Origin: Betaproteobacteria bacterium
GTDB lineage: Bacteria; Pseudomonadota; Gammaproteobacteria; Burkholderiales; UBA3065
DNA length: 64,000 nucleotides
Assembly: GCA_009927815.1 (NCBI GenBank)
Contig: RFMI01000093.1
Coordinates: 678-64,677, forward strand
Direction of reading: 5' to 3'
A model generated the notes under the pieces. The model had not been told where the DNA came from, ran no database searches, and was given only the letters and a program-made list of their open reading frames with translations. Of this stretch, positions 37,481-47,372 are shown piece after piece. Each line of letters begins with the position of its first letter. Position 1 is the stretch's first letter. The position numbers and the translations under genes were made by a program.

Positions 37481-38044
37481 TCAATCCAGCGCGGCGTACC
37501 GCACGGCGCTGACCTCCAAGCGCCGGTCGCCGCCCGGCGTGCGCAGAGTCACGCTGTCGCCCTCGCGTGCTTTGAGCAGGGCGCGGGCCATGGGTGACAC
37601 CCAGCTGATGCGACCGCGGCCGACGTCAGCCTCATCGATGCCGACGATGCTGACGGTCTGCTCCTCGCCCGAATCGATATCGAAGATGTCTACAGTGGCG
37701 CCGAAGAACACTTGGTCAGTGGCGTCGCGGGTGGCCGGGTCGACCACTTCAGCGTTGTCGAGGCGCTTACCGAGAAAGCGCAGTCGGCGGTCGATCTCGC
37801 GCAGGCGTTTTTTGCCGTAAAGATAATCACCGTTTTCAGAGCGGTCGCCGTTGCTGGCTGCCCAAGCCACGGTCTCCACCAGTTTGGGCCGCTCGACTTT
37901 CCACAGTTGGTCGAACTCGGCTTGCAGCTGAGCGTGACCGGCCGGTGTCATGTAGTTCTTACTGCCCGCGGGCACCGGATTCGCGTCAACGAATTCCTCG
38001 TCGTCGTCCGGCGGTGTGTCCTCCTTGAAAAACGCTTTGCTCAA
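37481..38044 (-). CDS. greB: Transcription elongation factor GreB
   Basis: WAASNGDRSENGDYLYGKKRLREIDRR, ISWVSPMARAL. Confidence 0.96.
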   Translation of the reverse strand: MSKAFFKEDTPPDDDEEFVDANPVPAGSKNYMTPAGHAQLQAEFDQLWKVERPKLVETVAWAASNGDRSENGDYLYGKKRLREIDRRLRFLGKRLDNAEVVDPATRDATDQVFFGATVDIFDIDSGEEQTVSIVGIDEADVGRGRISWVSPMARALLKAREGDSVTLRTPGGDRRLEVSAVRYAALD

Positions 38045-38061
38045 GGGGCTGCCCGCAGGCC

Positions 38062-38898
38062 TCAGATGCCGACTTTCGGCAGGCTCAAGGTTGAGGAAAA
38101 GGTCAAGTCCTTGGAGTCGACAACCTTGGCGGTGAGCTCGCTGCCACCCGCCTTCGGCATGAAGTAAAAGCGGAAATTGGGATTCTCGCTGATCGAGAAG
38201 TCGACATCGGCGCTCAGAATCACCTTGCCGCCATACGCCACTTCAACGTGGCGTACGTATTGCGGTGGGACGAACAAGCGCGTCACCTGGTCCATCTGCA
38301 TGCCGGAGTTGTTGGGGTGCGAGACCATCATCTGCGCCAGGGTCGGCTTACCAGTCTCGACCTCACCTTCAAGCTTGAACTTGATCTTGCCCAGCCGCGC
38401 CAGGGCGGCCTCGTTGTCCTTGCCCGCTGGTGCCGAGCAACCGCCGGCCGCGCGCACATACTTGCGCGCCATGTGCAATTGGCCATCGCTGGTTTCGGCG
38501 ATCACTCGCACCCACGTGTACTCCTCGAGGCGGATGCGCGTCTCGACATCGGCGCGGCCGGATTCGGGGGTCAGCTCAAAGCTGGCGGCGACCGGGGTCG
38601 GGTTCTTGTCGACCACCAGCCACAGTTTGCGGATGTACCGTCCACCCGACTGGTCGATCTTGGCTTTGAGGCCGATCGGTACCACCGAGGCGTCCTCGGC
38701 GCGGAACGGCGCGTCGAGGTCCACCACATCGCCCACGTTGTCGGCAATCGGGCGGTTAGCGAACAGGTACTGGCGCAGGCCCGCCCACTGTTCGGTGTCG
38801 GGGGAGGGCTCGTCGGCAGCGATGGCGAGGGACGTGCCAAGCATCAGGCTGACGATGCCAACAAGCACGGCGCGGAGCAGGGAACGCGGGGATGTCAT
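38062..38898 (-). CDS. Quinoprotein dehydrogenase-associated fused SoxYZ-like carrier protein
   Basis: Signal peptide, SoxY-like APFRAED..VP and VDKNPTP, AAGGCSAP arm, SoxZ-like HPNNSGMQMD and SISENP. Confidence 0.85.
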   Translation of the reverse strand: MTSPRSLLRAVLVGIVSLMLGTSLAIAADEPSPDTEQWAGLRQYLFANRPIADNVGDVVDLDAPFRAEDASVVPIGLKAKIDQSGGRYIRKLWLVVDKNPTPVAASFELTPESGRADVETRIRLEEYTWVRVIAETSDGQLHMARKYVRAAGGCSAPAGKDNEAALARLGKIKFKLEGEVETGKPTLAQMMVSHPNNSGMQMDQVTRLFVPPQYVRHVEVAYGGKVILSADVDFSISENPNFRFYFMPKAGGSELTAKVVDSKDLTFSSTLSLPKVGI

Positions 38899-39005
38899 GG
38901 AAACCTCCAAGGTCTGTTGCGTTGTCGGCGTAAGCGTGCCGAAACGCCGTAGTTAGTTTTCAGACAACGCGAACCTTACAAGGTTTTGTGGCTGTTGCGA
39001 TGCAG

Positions 39006-39932
39006 TCAGTCTTCCCACTCCAGTTCGGCGTAGGCGGCGGTGACATTGCGGCGGTGGTACAGCTCCGTAAGCTGCCAGCCGGCGGGCGCAGTCAGCGTGT
39101 CGACGGCACGCGCCAAGGCGGTGCCAATGCGCAAGCTGGCGCGCACCCGGTCACGCAGGTCGAGCAGATAGGCGTGTTCGCGGTCCCAAGCGGCTGCAAC
39201 TGCCGCGGCGCCGCTGGCGACGCCGCCATGACCCGGCACCACCCGGGTGGCGGATAGCGCCCGCAGGGTCGGGATCTGCGCCAGCCAGCCGGTCAGGCTG
39301 CCATCCAGCACCGGAATGTGGTCGACAAACAGCAAATCGCCTGCGAACAGCGTGCCACTGGTCTCGTCGGATACGGTCAGGTCGTTGTCGGTGTGGGCGG
39401 TGGGCCAGCTGCGTACGGTCAGGTCGCGATTGCCCAGGTTGATTTGCACGGTCTGCGCCCCCACCAGCGAGGTCGGCGCGACGAACACCGGTGCACGGTC
39501 GGCGCCAAGCTGGCGCAAGGCCAAGGCCGTGTACGTCGACTGACGGGCGGCCAAGGCTGCTGGCAAGCGCTGGCTGGCGACGAACTCTGGCGCGGGCTTC
39601 AGCGAGGCCAGCGCGGCGTTGCCGAGAATGTGGTCGGGGTGAACATGTGTGCTGATTACCGCACACACTGGCAATGGGCTTTGGCTACGAATAGCGGCGA
39701 GCAGGGCTTCGCCGGTCGCGGTGCTGCCGCCACTGTCGATCACGGCGATGCAGCGTTCGCCGACCACGAAACCCCAGTTGGAGGTGTCGCCATCGTTGTC
39801 GCGGGTGGCCTCCGCGATCTGGCCCGTGTGCACGAACACGCCCGGCGCGACTTCATTCACCGGTGCGGGGTCCGCCGCCCGCGTTGATCCGCTCGCGCCG
39901 GTCAGCGCGAGCGTCAGGACCAGAGCTGGCAT
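39006..39932 (-). CDS. Secreted MBL-fold metallohydrolase (SoxH-like, quinoprotein relay type)
   Basis: THVHPDH (HxHxDH), AHTDND, GDL, PGHG, signal peptide, LEWE end; start could be as far up as 40010. Confidence 0.85.
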   Translation of the reverse strand: MPALVLTLALTGASGSTRAADPAPVNEVAPGVFVHTGQIAEATRDNDGDTSNWGFVVGERCIAVIDSGGSTATGEALLAAIRSQSPLPVCAVISTHVHPDHILGNAALASLKPAPEFVASQRLPAALAARQSTYTALALRQLGADRAPVFVAPTSLVGAQTVQINLGNRDLTVRSWPTAHTDNDLTVSDETSGTLFAGDLLFVDHIPVLDGSLTGWLAQIPTLRALSATRVVPGHGGVASGAAAVAAAWDREHAYLLDLRDRVRASLRIGTALARAVDTLTAPAGWQLTELYHRRNVTAAYAELEWED

Positions 39933-40092
39933 GCGCAGCCATCCGCCGACCCGCCGGATGTCCGCCGGACGGGCCCGCGAAACCGCAGCGATGCAGCGAG
40001 GATTGCTCATAGAACGAGTCTACCGCCGGGCGCCTGGCAGGCGCGACTTTGTTACACTCGATCCATCAGTCAACGTTGTGAAGGCCGCTGCC

Positions 40093-41418
40093 ATGACCTC
40101 TGCCGCTCAGTCTCCGCACCGCATCGTCGTTGTCGGTGGAGGTGCCGGTGGCCTTGAGTTGGCCACTCGGCTGGGCGACACGCTGGGGCGAAAGGGTGTG
40201 GCCGAGATCACGCTCGTCGACCGCAGCCGTACGCATTTATGGAAGCCGCTGCTGCACGAGGTCGCCGCAGGCAGCATGGACATCGACGATCACGAGTTGG
40301 AGTACCTGGCGCAGGCGCGCTGGCACCACTTCAAGTACCGACTCGGCGCTCTGGCCGGCATCGACCGGCAGAAGAAGTTGGTCAAGCTGGCGCCAGTGTT
40401 CGACGACGAGGGCGAGGTCATCATCGAGGCGCGTACGGTGCCGTACGACACCCTGGTGGTTGCCATCGGTTCGGTGTCCAACGACTTCGGCACGCCGGGT
40501 GTGGCCGAGTACTGCATCTCGCTGGACACCCAAGCCGACGCCGAGCGCTTTCATAAGCGGCTGATCAACAACTGCATGCGCGCGCAAGCCCAGCGCGGCC
40601 CCTTGCAAGCGGGGCAGCTCAGTGTGGCGATCGTGGGTGCCGGCGCCACGGGCGTCGAGCTGGCGGCAGAACTCCACCGCACCGTGCGCGAGCTGGCGGC
40701 GTTCGGCCTCGACAAGATCGATCCGGCACGCGACATCCAAATCACCATCATCGAGGCGGCGCCCCGCATCCTGATGCAGTTACCGGACCGGCTGGCATCT
40801 TCGGCGATGGACCTGCTGCGCGGACTCAATGTGCAGGTGCTGACCAACGAGAAAGTCACTGCGGTCACTGCCGAGGGGGTGAAGACCGCCAGCGGTAGGT
40901 TTGTGCCGGCGCGTCAGGTGGTGTGGGCGGCTGGCATCAAGGGCTCCCCCATTCTCGCTGGCCTCGACGGCCTCGAGGTGACGCGCAATCATCTGCTGGT
41001 GGTGCGTTCGACGCTGCAGACCAGTCGTGATGACGACATCTTCGCCATCGGCGATTGCGCCGCCTGCCCCTGGCCGGAGAAGGACAGCACTGTGCCGCCG
41101 CGCGCTCAGGCCGCGCATCAGCAAGCCAGCACATTGCTCAAGACGCTTAAGCGCCGCCTCCAGGGGCGTCCGCCGCTCGACTACCGCTATCAGGACTTCG
41201 GTTCGCTGGTGAGCTTGGGCGAATACAGCACGGTTGGCTCATTGATGGGCGGCCTGCACAAAGGCACGCTGATGCTCGAGGGCTTCATTGCCGGGCTGAT
41301 GTACAAATCGCTCTATCAGATGCACTTGGTGGCTCTTCACGGCTGGGTCAAGGTGGGGCTCGATACGCTCGCGCGCACCATCACCCGGCGGACTGAGCCG
41401 CACATCAAGCTGCACTGA
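40093..41418 (+). CDS. ndh: Type II NADH:quinone oxidoreductase
   Basis: VVGGGAGG, WKPLLHEVAAG, GAGATGVELA, WAAG, AIGDCA, quinone-site AQAAHQ, KLH end. Confidence 0.92.
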   Translation: MTSAAQSPHRIVVVGGGAGGLELATRLGDTLGRKGVAEITLVDRSRTHLWKPLLHEVAAGSMDIDDHELEYLAQARWHHFKYRLGALAGIDRQKKLVKLAPVFDDEGEVIIEARTVPYDTLVVAIGSVSNDFGTPGVAEYCISLDTQADAERFHKRLINNCMRAQAQRGPLQAGQLSVAIVGAGATGVELAAELHRTVRELAAFGLDKIDPARDIQITIIEAAPRILMQLPDRLASSAMDLLRGLNVQVLTNEKVTAVTAEGVKTASGRFVPARQVVWAAGIKGSPILAGLDGLEVTRNHLLVVRSTLQTSRDDDIFAIGDCAACPWPEKDSTVPPRAQAAHQQASTLLKTLKRRLQGRPPLDYRYQDFGSLVSLGEYSTVGSLMGGLHKGTLMLEGFIAGLMYKSLYQMHLVALHGWVKVGLDTLARTITRRTEPHIKLH

Positions 41419-41422
41419 CACC

Positions 41423-42844
41423 ATGCTCGGCGTGATCGCGCGTCTGCGCCAGCCGCTCGCCTGCGCCGCGCTGCTGTGCGTGACGCTGTTGCCGGCGCTA
41501 ACTGGCTGCGCGTGGCGCGAATACCGGCCGGCTCCGCTAGACCTGCCTGCTGGCGAGGCAGCCTTTGTTGCCAGCCGCCTCGACGATGCCGACACCCGCG
41601 GTCTGCTGGAGCACTATGGCGTCGACACGCGTGACTGGCCCGACCTGGTCTGGACCCGCGAGACCTTGCTGGTGCCGCTGGTTGCGCGCCACCCTGAGCT
41701 GCGAGCGGCGAGGTCGCGAGCTGAGGCTGCTGCCGCGCGCGTGGCCATCCCGAAGCCACGACCGAATCCGGAGCTCAGCACCACGCTCGAGAACCACAGT
41801 GCTAGCGGCACGTCGCCTTGGAGTGTTGGGGCGGCGCTGTCGTTCAGCGTCAATTCTCAGCCGCTGCGAAACGCGCAAATCGCTGTGGCCAGCGCCGAGG
41901 CGCGCGACGCTGCATTGGCGGCCGGCGAGGTGGCGTGGCGCCTCTACCGAGCGTTGGGTGATGCGCTGTTGGAGCAGCAGTCGGCTGAGTCGGCCTTGCG
42001 GCTCGCCGACGATGCGCTGGCACTGGCGCAAGCCCGCAGCGAGAGCGTGGCGGTGCGGCAGCGCTATGGCGTGGCTGCCGCCGTCGAGTTGCAACTGACC
42101 AATGAGGCGCTGATCGCGGTGCGGCGAGAGCGCGCGGTTGCCGAGGGCGCGGTGACCAAGGCGCGTGCTCGTTTGGCGCAGGCGCTGGCCGTGCCGGTCG
42201 CGGCCTTGGACCGCGTGCGTGTGGCGCCTTGGCCGGTCCTGGCGCCCGATGCCGAAGCACCGTTACCGGCGCTGGACGCAGCCGACGCCCGTGCGATCGC
42301 GCTGCGCAACCGCCTCGACCTCGCCCGCGAACTGGCGCGCTATGAAGTCGCGGAAGCCGATGTGCGACTGGAGGTTGCACGGCAATACCCGCAGGTCCGG
42401 CTCAGTCCCGGCTTGCTGTGGGACCAGGGCGATCGGGTCTGGCAGCTTGGCCTGAGCCTGCCGCTGCAACTGTTCCAGCGCAACCGGGCAGCGATCGACG
42501 CAGCTGAAGCGCGGCGGACGGCGCAGGCGCAAACCGTGCTGGCGCGGCAGAGCGCGATCGCCAGCGAGATCGAATCGCTGCGTCAGGCGGTGCTGGCTAG
42601 CGATGCCCCGATACGGCTGGCGCGGCTTGAGGTCGAGGCGACCACGACGCATGTCCAGCAGGTGCAGGCGCAGTTCGATGCCGGTGCGGCTGACGCTTTA
42701 ACCCTGATCAACGCGCGCGGCCTCGCCTTGCAAGCCCGGCGCCACTTGAATGACGCAGGCCAGGCTTGGCGGCAGGCACAATGGGCGCTTGAAACCGGTT
42801 TGCAGTCACCTTTGCCGACCGACCCGCCACACCAACACCCCTGA
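41423..42844 (+). CDS. Outer-membrane efflux protein (TolC/CzcC family, lipoprotein)
   Basis: Lipobox LTGC, helical OEP repeats, LSLPLQLFQRN; upstream of MFP and RND genes. Confidence 0.85.
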   Translation: MLGVIARLRQPLACAALLCVTLLPALTGCAWREYRPAPLDLPAGEAAFVASRLDDADTRGLLEHYGVDTRDWPDLVWTRETLLVPLVARHPELRAARSRAEAAAARVAIPKPRPNPELSTTLENHSASGTSPWSVGAALSFSVNSQPLRNAQIAVASAEARDAALAAGEVAWRLYRALGDALLEQQSAESALRLADDALALAQARSESVAVRQRYGVAAAVELQLTNEALIAVRRERAVAEGAVTKARARLAQALAVPVAALDRVRVAPWPVLAPDAEAPLPALDAADARAIALRNRLDLARELARYEVAEADVRLEVARQYPQVRLSPGLLWDQGDRVWQLGLSLPLQLFQRNRAAIDAAEARRTAQAQTVLARQSAIASEIESLRQAVLASDAPIRLARLEVEATTTHVQQVQAQFDAGAADALTLINARGLALQARRHLNDAGQAWRQAQWALETGLQSPLPTDPPHQHP

Positions 42845-42848
42845 GCCG

Positions 42849-43886
42849 ATGAATCTGCGCTGGAAATCTGTATTGATCGCTGTTCAGGCGCTGCTCATCG
42901 TCGGGCTGGTGTGGACCTTGGCGCTGTATGGCCGCGACGAGTTTCAGGCCGATGGCGACGGTGACGACGCGCTCGCCACACCCGCAGCGCGGGTCGTCGG
43001 CAACCGTGTGCTGATTCCGGCGGAGGCCCAGCGTGCCGCCGGCATCGCGGTGGAGAGTGCACCGACGGCCGAATATCGTGCGGCGCAACGCTTCTTCGGC
43101 GCTGTGGCCGATCCGCGGTCGCTGGTGGACGCGCGTCAGCGCTACCTCAATCTGTCGAGCCAGATGGCTGCTGTTGAGGCCGCACTGACGCAGCGGCGGG
43201 CCGAGCTGGCGCGGATCCAGGGTCTCTACAACGAAGGCCGCAACGCTACGACGCGTGAGCTGGAGGCGGCACAAGCCACGCTGACGGTCGACGAGCAGCG
43301 CTTGCTCGCCTTGCAGACCGAGCGTCGTGGCATCGTTGAGGCGCTCCGAGTGACTTGGGGCGAGGCATTTGCGGCCCAGCCGGGGGACACCGGTGGCCTG
43401 CTGGGGCAAGCCGCCGCGCGCGCCATCGACGTCGTCCAGTTCGTGGTTCCGCCGGGCTTTGATCCGCGCGATGTGCATTGGCGGGTGGCGCCGGTGGCGA
43501 CTGGCACCACGGGGGTCGCTGCGCATCTGATTGGCCGCTCACCGCAGGCCCTTGCGGGGGTGCCCGGCGAGACCTGGTTGCTGACACTGCCTCCGAGCGG
43601 TCAGCCAGCCGGGTCGCGGGTGCGGGTGTCGGCCGATAGTTCGCGCCCTCTGACAGGTGTCCGGGTGCCGCCGGCGGCCGTGGTGCGATTCGGTGGCAAG
43701 GCTTGGGTCTACGTGCGCGTCGCGCCCGAGCAGTTTGAGCGCCAGCCGCTGGCGACCGATCGGCCGCTGGCTGACGGTCTGTTTAGCGATACCTTGACGC
43801 CGCAGTCGCAGCTGGTGGTTAGCGGCGCGCAGCTGCTGCTGTCCGAAGAGTTCAAGTTCCAGATCAAGAACGAGAACTCGGACTAG
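42849..43886 (+). CDS. RND periplasmic adaptor (membrane fusion protein)
   Basis: N-terminal TM, helical hairpin, VPPAAVV..GGKAWVYV, VVSGAQLLLSEE. Confidence 0.82.
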   Translation: MNLRWKSVLIAVQALLIVGLVWTLALYGRDEFQADGDGDDALATPAARVVGNRVLIPAEAQRAAGIAVESAPTAEYRAAQRFFGAVADPRSLVDARQRYLNLSSQMAAVEAALTQRRAELARIQGLYNEGRNATTRELEAAQATLTVDEQRLLALQTERRGIVEALRVTWGEAFAAQPGDTGGLLGQAAARAIDVVQFVVPPGFDPRDVHWRVAPVATGTTGVAAHLIGRSPQALAGVPGETWLLTLPPSGQPAGSRVRVSADSSRPLTGVRVPPAAVVRFGGKAWVYVRVAPEQFERQPLATDRPLADGLFSDTLTPQSQLVVSGAQLLLSEEFKFQIKNENSD

Positions 43887-43900
43887 GCCACGCCCAGGTC

Positions 43901-46900
43901 ATGCTCGCGGCCCTTGTCCGTTTTTCGATCCGCAACCCCGGTGCCGTGCTGGCGCTGGCCGTGGCGACCCTGGTGTACGGCATCTATTCGGCGCGGGTGG
44001 CGCGGCTCGATGTCTTCCCCGAATTCTCGCCGCCGCAGGTGGTGATCCAGACCGAGGCGCCGGGGTTTTCCGCCGAACTGGTCGAGACCTTGGTCAGCCG
44101 CCCGATCGAGGCGGTGCTCAACGGCACCGTGGGGGTCGCGAGTCTGCGCAGCCAGTCGATCCCGGGCTTGTCGGTGGTCACCCTGATCTTCGACGATGAC
44201 AGCGACGTGTTCCGCAATCGCCAACTGGTGGGCGAGAAGCTCGGCATTCTGGCCAACCGTCTGCCATCCGGGGTGGCAGCGCCCAACATCACGCCGCTGA
44301 CATCCTCGGCCAGTTCAACGCTGGGCATCGGCTTGACCGCCAAAGACCGCACCCTGATGGACGTGTACGACCTCGCTCAGTTCGTCGTGCGTCCGCATCT
44401 ACTCAGTGCATCCGGCGTCGCCGACGTCAATGTGTTCGGCGGCAAGGTGCGGCAGTGGCAGGTCCAGTTCGAGCCGGATACGTTGATTCGTGCCGGTGTG
44501 GGGGTCAATGACCTGGTGGAGGCGGTGCGGCGCAGCAGCGGGCTGCGGCCGGGCGGCACCGTTGAGACGCGCAACCAGCGGATCCTCGTCACCAGCGAGG
44601 GCCAACCCGCCAGTGCCGCCGAACTGGCACAGGCGGTGTTGAGCGTGCGCAACGGTCAGGTTTTGCGGCTGGCTGACGTGGCGACGGTGGTCGAGGCGCC
44701 AGCGCCGTCAATCAGCGCGGCTACGATCAATGGCACGCCGGGTGTGTTCTTGATGGTGCAGGGTCAGCTCGGCGCCAACACGTATGCCACCACGCTGGCG
44801 GTGGAGTCTCGTCTTGACCAGTTGCGGCCGCTCTTGCAACGCGAGGGCTTGACCGTGCATACGCAGTTGTTCCGGCCGGCCAGCTTCATCGAGACCTCGA
44901 TCGGCAATGTGCAGCGCGATATTCTCATCGGCTCGGCGCTGGTGGTGGCGGTGCTGTTCCTCTTCTTGTTCAACGCTCGCACGGCGTTGGTGTCGGCCAC
45001 GGCCATCCCTTTGTCGCTGCTGGCCTCGATCATCGTGCTGGTGGAGCAGGGCGTCTCGCTCAACATCATGGTGCTGGGCGGCTTGGTGATCGCGCTGGGC
45101 GAGGTGGTCGATGACGCGATCATCGATGTCGAGAACATCTTCCGGCGCCTGCGCGAAAACCGTGCGGCAGGCGGGGCGCGTCCCGACTGGCAGGTGGTGC
45201 TCGATGCGTCGCTGGAAGTGCGATCGTCAGTCATTTACGCCACGTTCATTGTGGTGGTGGTGTTCTTCCCGCTGCTGACCTTGTCCGGCGTGGCCGGCCG
45301 CTTGTTCGAACCACTCGGGCTGGCCTATATCTACGCGCTGCTGGCGTCACTGGCGGTGGCGCTGACGGTGACGCCGGCGCTGTGCTACCTGCTGCTGACC
45401 CACGGCGTGCCCTTAAAGTCCGAGGATCCGCCGGTGATCGCGTGGCTTCGCCGCGGCTACATCACGCTTTTGCGGGGCATCGAAACTTCGGCGCGACCGG
45501 TGGTGCTCACGACCTTGGCTGTGGTGCTGCTTGGTCTGGCGGCTTTGCCGCTGTTCCGCATCGAGTTCGTGCCCGAGCTGCGCGAGGGGCACTACATCGT
45601 CCACATGACGGCGCTGCCCGGCACCAGCGAGGCCGAGTCGCTGCGCATCGGGCGCAAGGTGACCGATGCCATCGGCAGCGTGCCCGGGGTGCAATCGGTG
45701 ACGCAGTGGGTCGGGCGCGCGCAGAACGGCGCCGACACCTTTGGCATGCACTATTCCGAGATCGAGGTCGAGATCGGACCGCTGCCCGCCGAAGAGCAGG
45801 CGCGGGTGCTCGACGGTATCCGCGAGCACCTCACCACGATACCGGGCAAGCCAGGCGTCGCGCCGTTTCCCGGAGTGAGTTTTGGCGTCAATACCTTTCT
45901 GGCCGAGCGTATCGAAGAAACGGTGTCGGGCTATGCCGCTGAATTCGTGGTGGAGTTGTTCGGCAACGACCTCGACTTGCTCGACCGCGACGCCAAGGCG
46001 GTGGCGCAGACGCTGTCGGGCATCGCCGGTGCCCGCGACATCACCATCCAGTCGCCGCCCGGTACGCCTCAGTTCACGTTCCGCCTGGACGCGGCACGAC
46101 TGGCCGAGCGCGGCCTGCAGACCTTGGAGATGCTTGAGCTCATTCGCACGGTCTACGGGGGTATCGAGGTCGGTCAGGTGCTGGAGCAGGGCCGCACCAT
46201 CCCGCTGGTGGTGATCGCCGCCAGCGATGAGCGCTTGGCCCTCGAACGTGCCGGCCAGCTGCGCTTCACTGCGCCCGACGGCAGCCTGTTTGCCCTGAAG
46301 GACGTTGCCGAAGTGCGTCAGACCAATGGCCGCAGCAAGATCTTGCACAGCGGCGGCAAGCGCGTGCAGACCGTCACCTGCAACATCCAGGGCCGCGACG
46401 TGCCGGGATTCTTGCGCGAAGTCGAGACCGCGCTGCGCCAGCAGGTGCGCCTCGGCACCGGCAACTACCTGAGCATCGGCGGAGATGCCGCCGCCGCGGC
46501 CAAGGCCCGCAACGACCTCTTGGCGCACACGGTGCTAGCGACCGTGGGCGTGCTGTTGCTGCTGTACCTGGCCCTGGGCAGTGGCCGCAATCTGCTGATC
46601 ACCCTGCTCAACTTACCGTTTGCCTTGATCGGTGGCGTGGCCGCGGTGGTGGTGTCCGGCGGCTGGCTGTCGATCGGCTCGCTGGTGGGGTTCGTCACCC
46701 TGTTTGGCATTACCCTGCGCAACACGATCATGCTGGTCTCGCACTACCAGCACTTGGTCGAGGTCGATGGCCTGCCCTGGAACGCCCAGACCGCGCTGCT
46801 GGGGGCGTCGGAACGGCTGCCGTCGATCCTGATGACGGCCATCGTCACCGCGCTGGGGCTCATGCCCCTGGTGGTTGGCAGTGGCGAACCGGGCCGCGAG

Positions 46901-47017
46901 ATCGAGGGGCCGATGGCGAGCATCATTGTCGGGGGCTTGGTGACCTCAACCCTGCTCAATCTGCTAATCCTGCCGACGGTGCTGCTCCACTTCGGACGCT
47001 TCAATCGTCGTATTTGA
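43901..47017 (+). CDS. Heavy-metal efflux RND permease (CusA/CzcA-like)
   Basis: 1038 aa; LDVFPEF, TEAPG..AE.VETLV, GEVVDDAIIDVEN, GRLFEPL, ILMTA, GGLVTSTLL. Confidence 0.92.
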   Translation: MLAALVRFSIRNPGAVLALAVATLVYGIYSARVARLDVFPEFSPPQVVIQTEAPGFSAELVETLVSRPIEAVLNGTVGVASLRSQSIPGLSVVTLIFDDDSDVFRNRQLVGEKLGILANRLPSGVAAPNITPLTSSASSTLGIGLTAKDRTLMDVYDLAQFVVRPHLLSASGVADVNVFGGKVRQWQVQFEPDTLIRAGVGVNDLVEAVRRSSGLRPGGTVETRNQRILVTSEGQPASAAELAQAVLSVRNGQVLRLADVATVVEAPAPSISAATINGTPGVFLMVQGQLGANTYATTLAVESRLDQLRPLLQREGLTVHTQLFRPASFIETSIGNVQRDILIGSALVVAVLFLFLFNARTALVSATAIPLSLLASIIVLVEQGVSLNIMVLGGLVIALGEVVDDAIIDVENIFRRLRENRAAGGARPDWQVVLDASLEVRSSVIYATFIVVVVFFPLLTLSGVAGRLFEPLGLAYIYALLASLAVALTVTPALCYLLLTHGVPLKSEDPPVIAWLRRGYITLLRGIETSARPVVLTTLAVVLLGLAALPLFRIEFVPELREGHYIVHMTALPGTSEAESLRIGRKVTDAIGSVPGVQSVTQWVGRAQNGADTFGMHYSEIEVEIGPLPAEEQARVLDGIREHLTTIPGKPGVAPFPGVSFGVNTFLAERIEETVSGYAAEFVVELFGNDLDLLDRDAKAVAQTLSGIAGARDITIQSPPGTPQFTFRLDAARLAERGLQTLEMLELIRTVYGGIEVGQVLEQGRTIPLVVIAASDERLALERAGQLRFTAPDGSLFALKDVAEVRQTNGRSKILHSGGKRVQTVTCNIQGRDVPGFLREVETALRQQVRLGTGNYLSIGGDAAAAAKARNDLLAHTVLATVGVLLLLYLALGSGRNLLITLLNLPFALIGGVAAVVVSGGWLSIGSLVGFVTLFGITLRNTIMLVSHYQHLVEVDGLPWNAQTALLGASERLPSILMTAIVTALGLMPLVVGSGEPGREIEGPMASIIVGGLVTSTLLNLLILPTVLLHFGRFNRRI

Positions 47018-47372
47018 TATAGCGATGGCGGGGGTCGTCGGGTGTGCCTTCGAGGATGCCCTCGCGTGCTGGCTGCCAGCCAACCACTGTCTCGATCTTG
47101 TGCGCGAGCGCGAAATCGAGCTCGGTGATGCCGTTCGCTGAGTGGGTCTGCAGCTTGACGATGACGAAGGCGTAGGATGCGGCGAGGTCGGGATGGTGCC
47201 AGGCGGCCTCGGCCAAGTGGCCGACTGTGTTGATCACCATGAGCGTCGATTTCCAGCCCTGGGTGCGGAAGCGGCGGCGGATCCAGCCGTCCTCCAGTCG
47301 CCAGTGCGGCAGTTCCAGCGCCAGGCGGCGTTCGACCTCGACAGGGTCTAGAGGCGAGTGGGTGTGTTGCAT
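47001..47372 (-). CDS. Pterin-4-alpha-carbinolamine dehydratase family protein
   Basis: AEAAWHHPDL, THSANGITELDF. Confidence 0.9.
   Translation of the reverse strand: MQHTHSPLDPVEVERRLALELPHWRLEDGWIRRRFRTQGWKSTLMVINTVGHLAEAAWHHPDLAASYAFVIVKLQTHSANGITELDFALAHKIETVVGWQPAREGILEGTPDDPRHRYIKYDD

Noticed and set aside
38972..38985. Palindrome AACCTT-AC-AAGGTT upstream of the SoxYZ-like gene
   Set aside because: Short, single copy and unlike the xoxF promoter motifs; could be chance
38062..39932. Sox thiosulfate-oxidation pathway
   Set aside because: No soxA, X, B, C or D in the window, and the carrier lacks the terminal GGCGG
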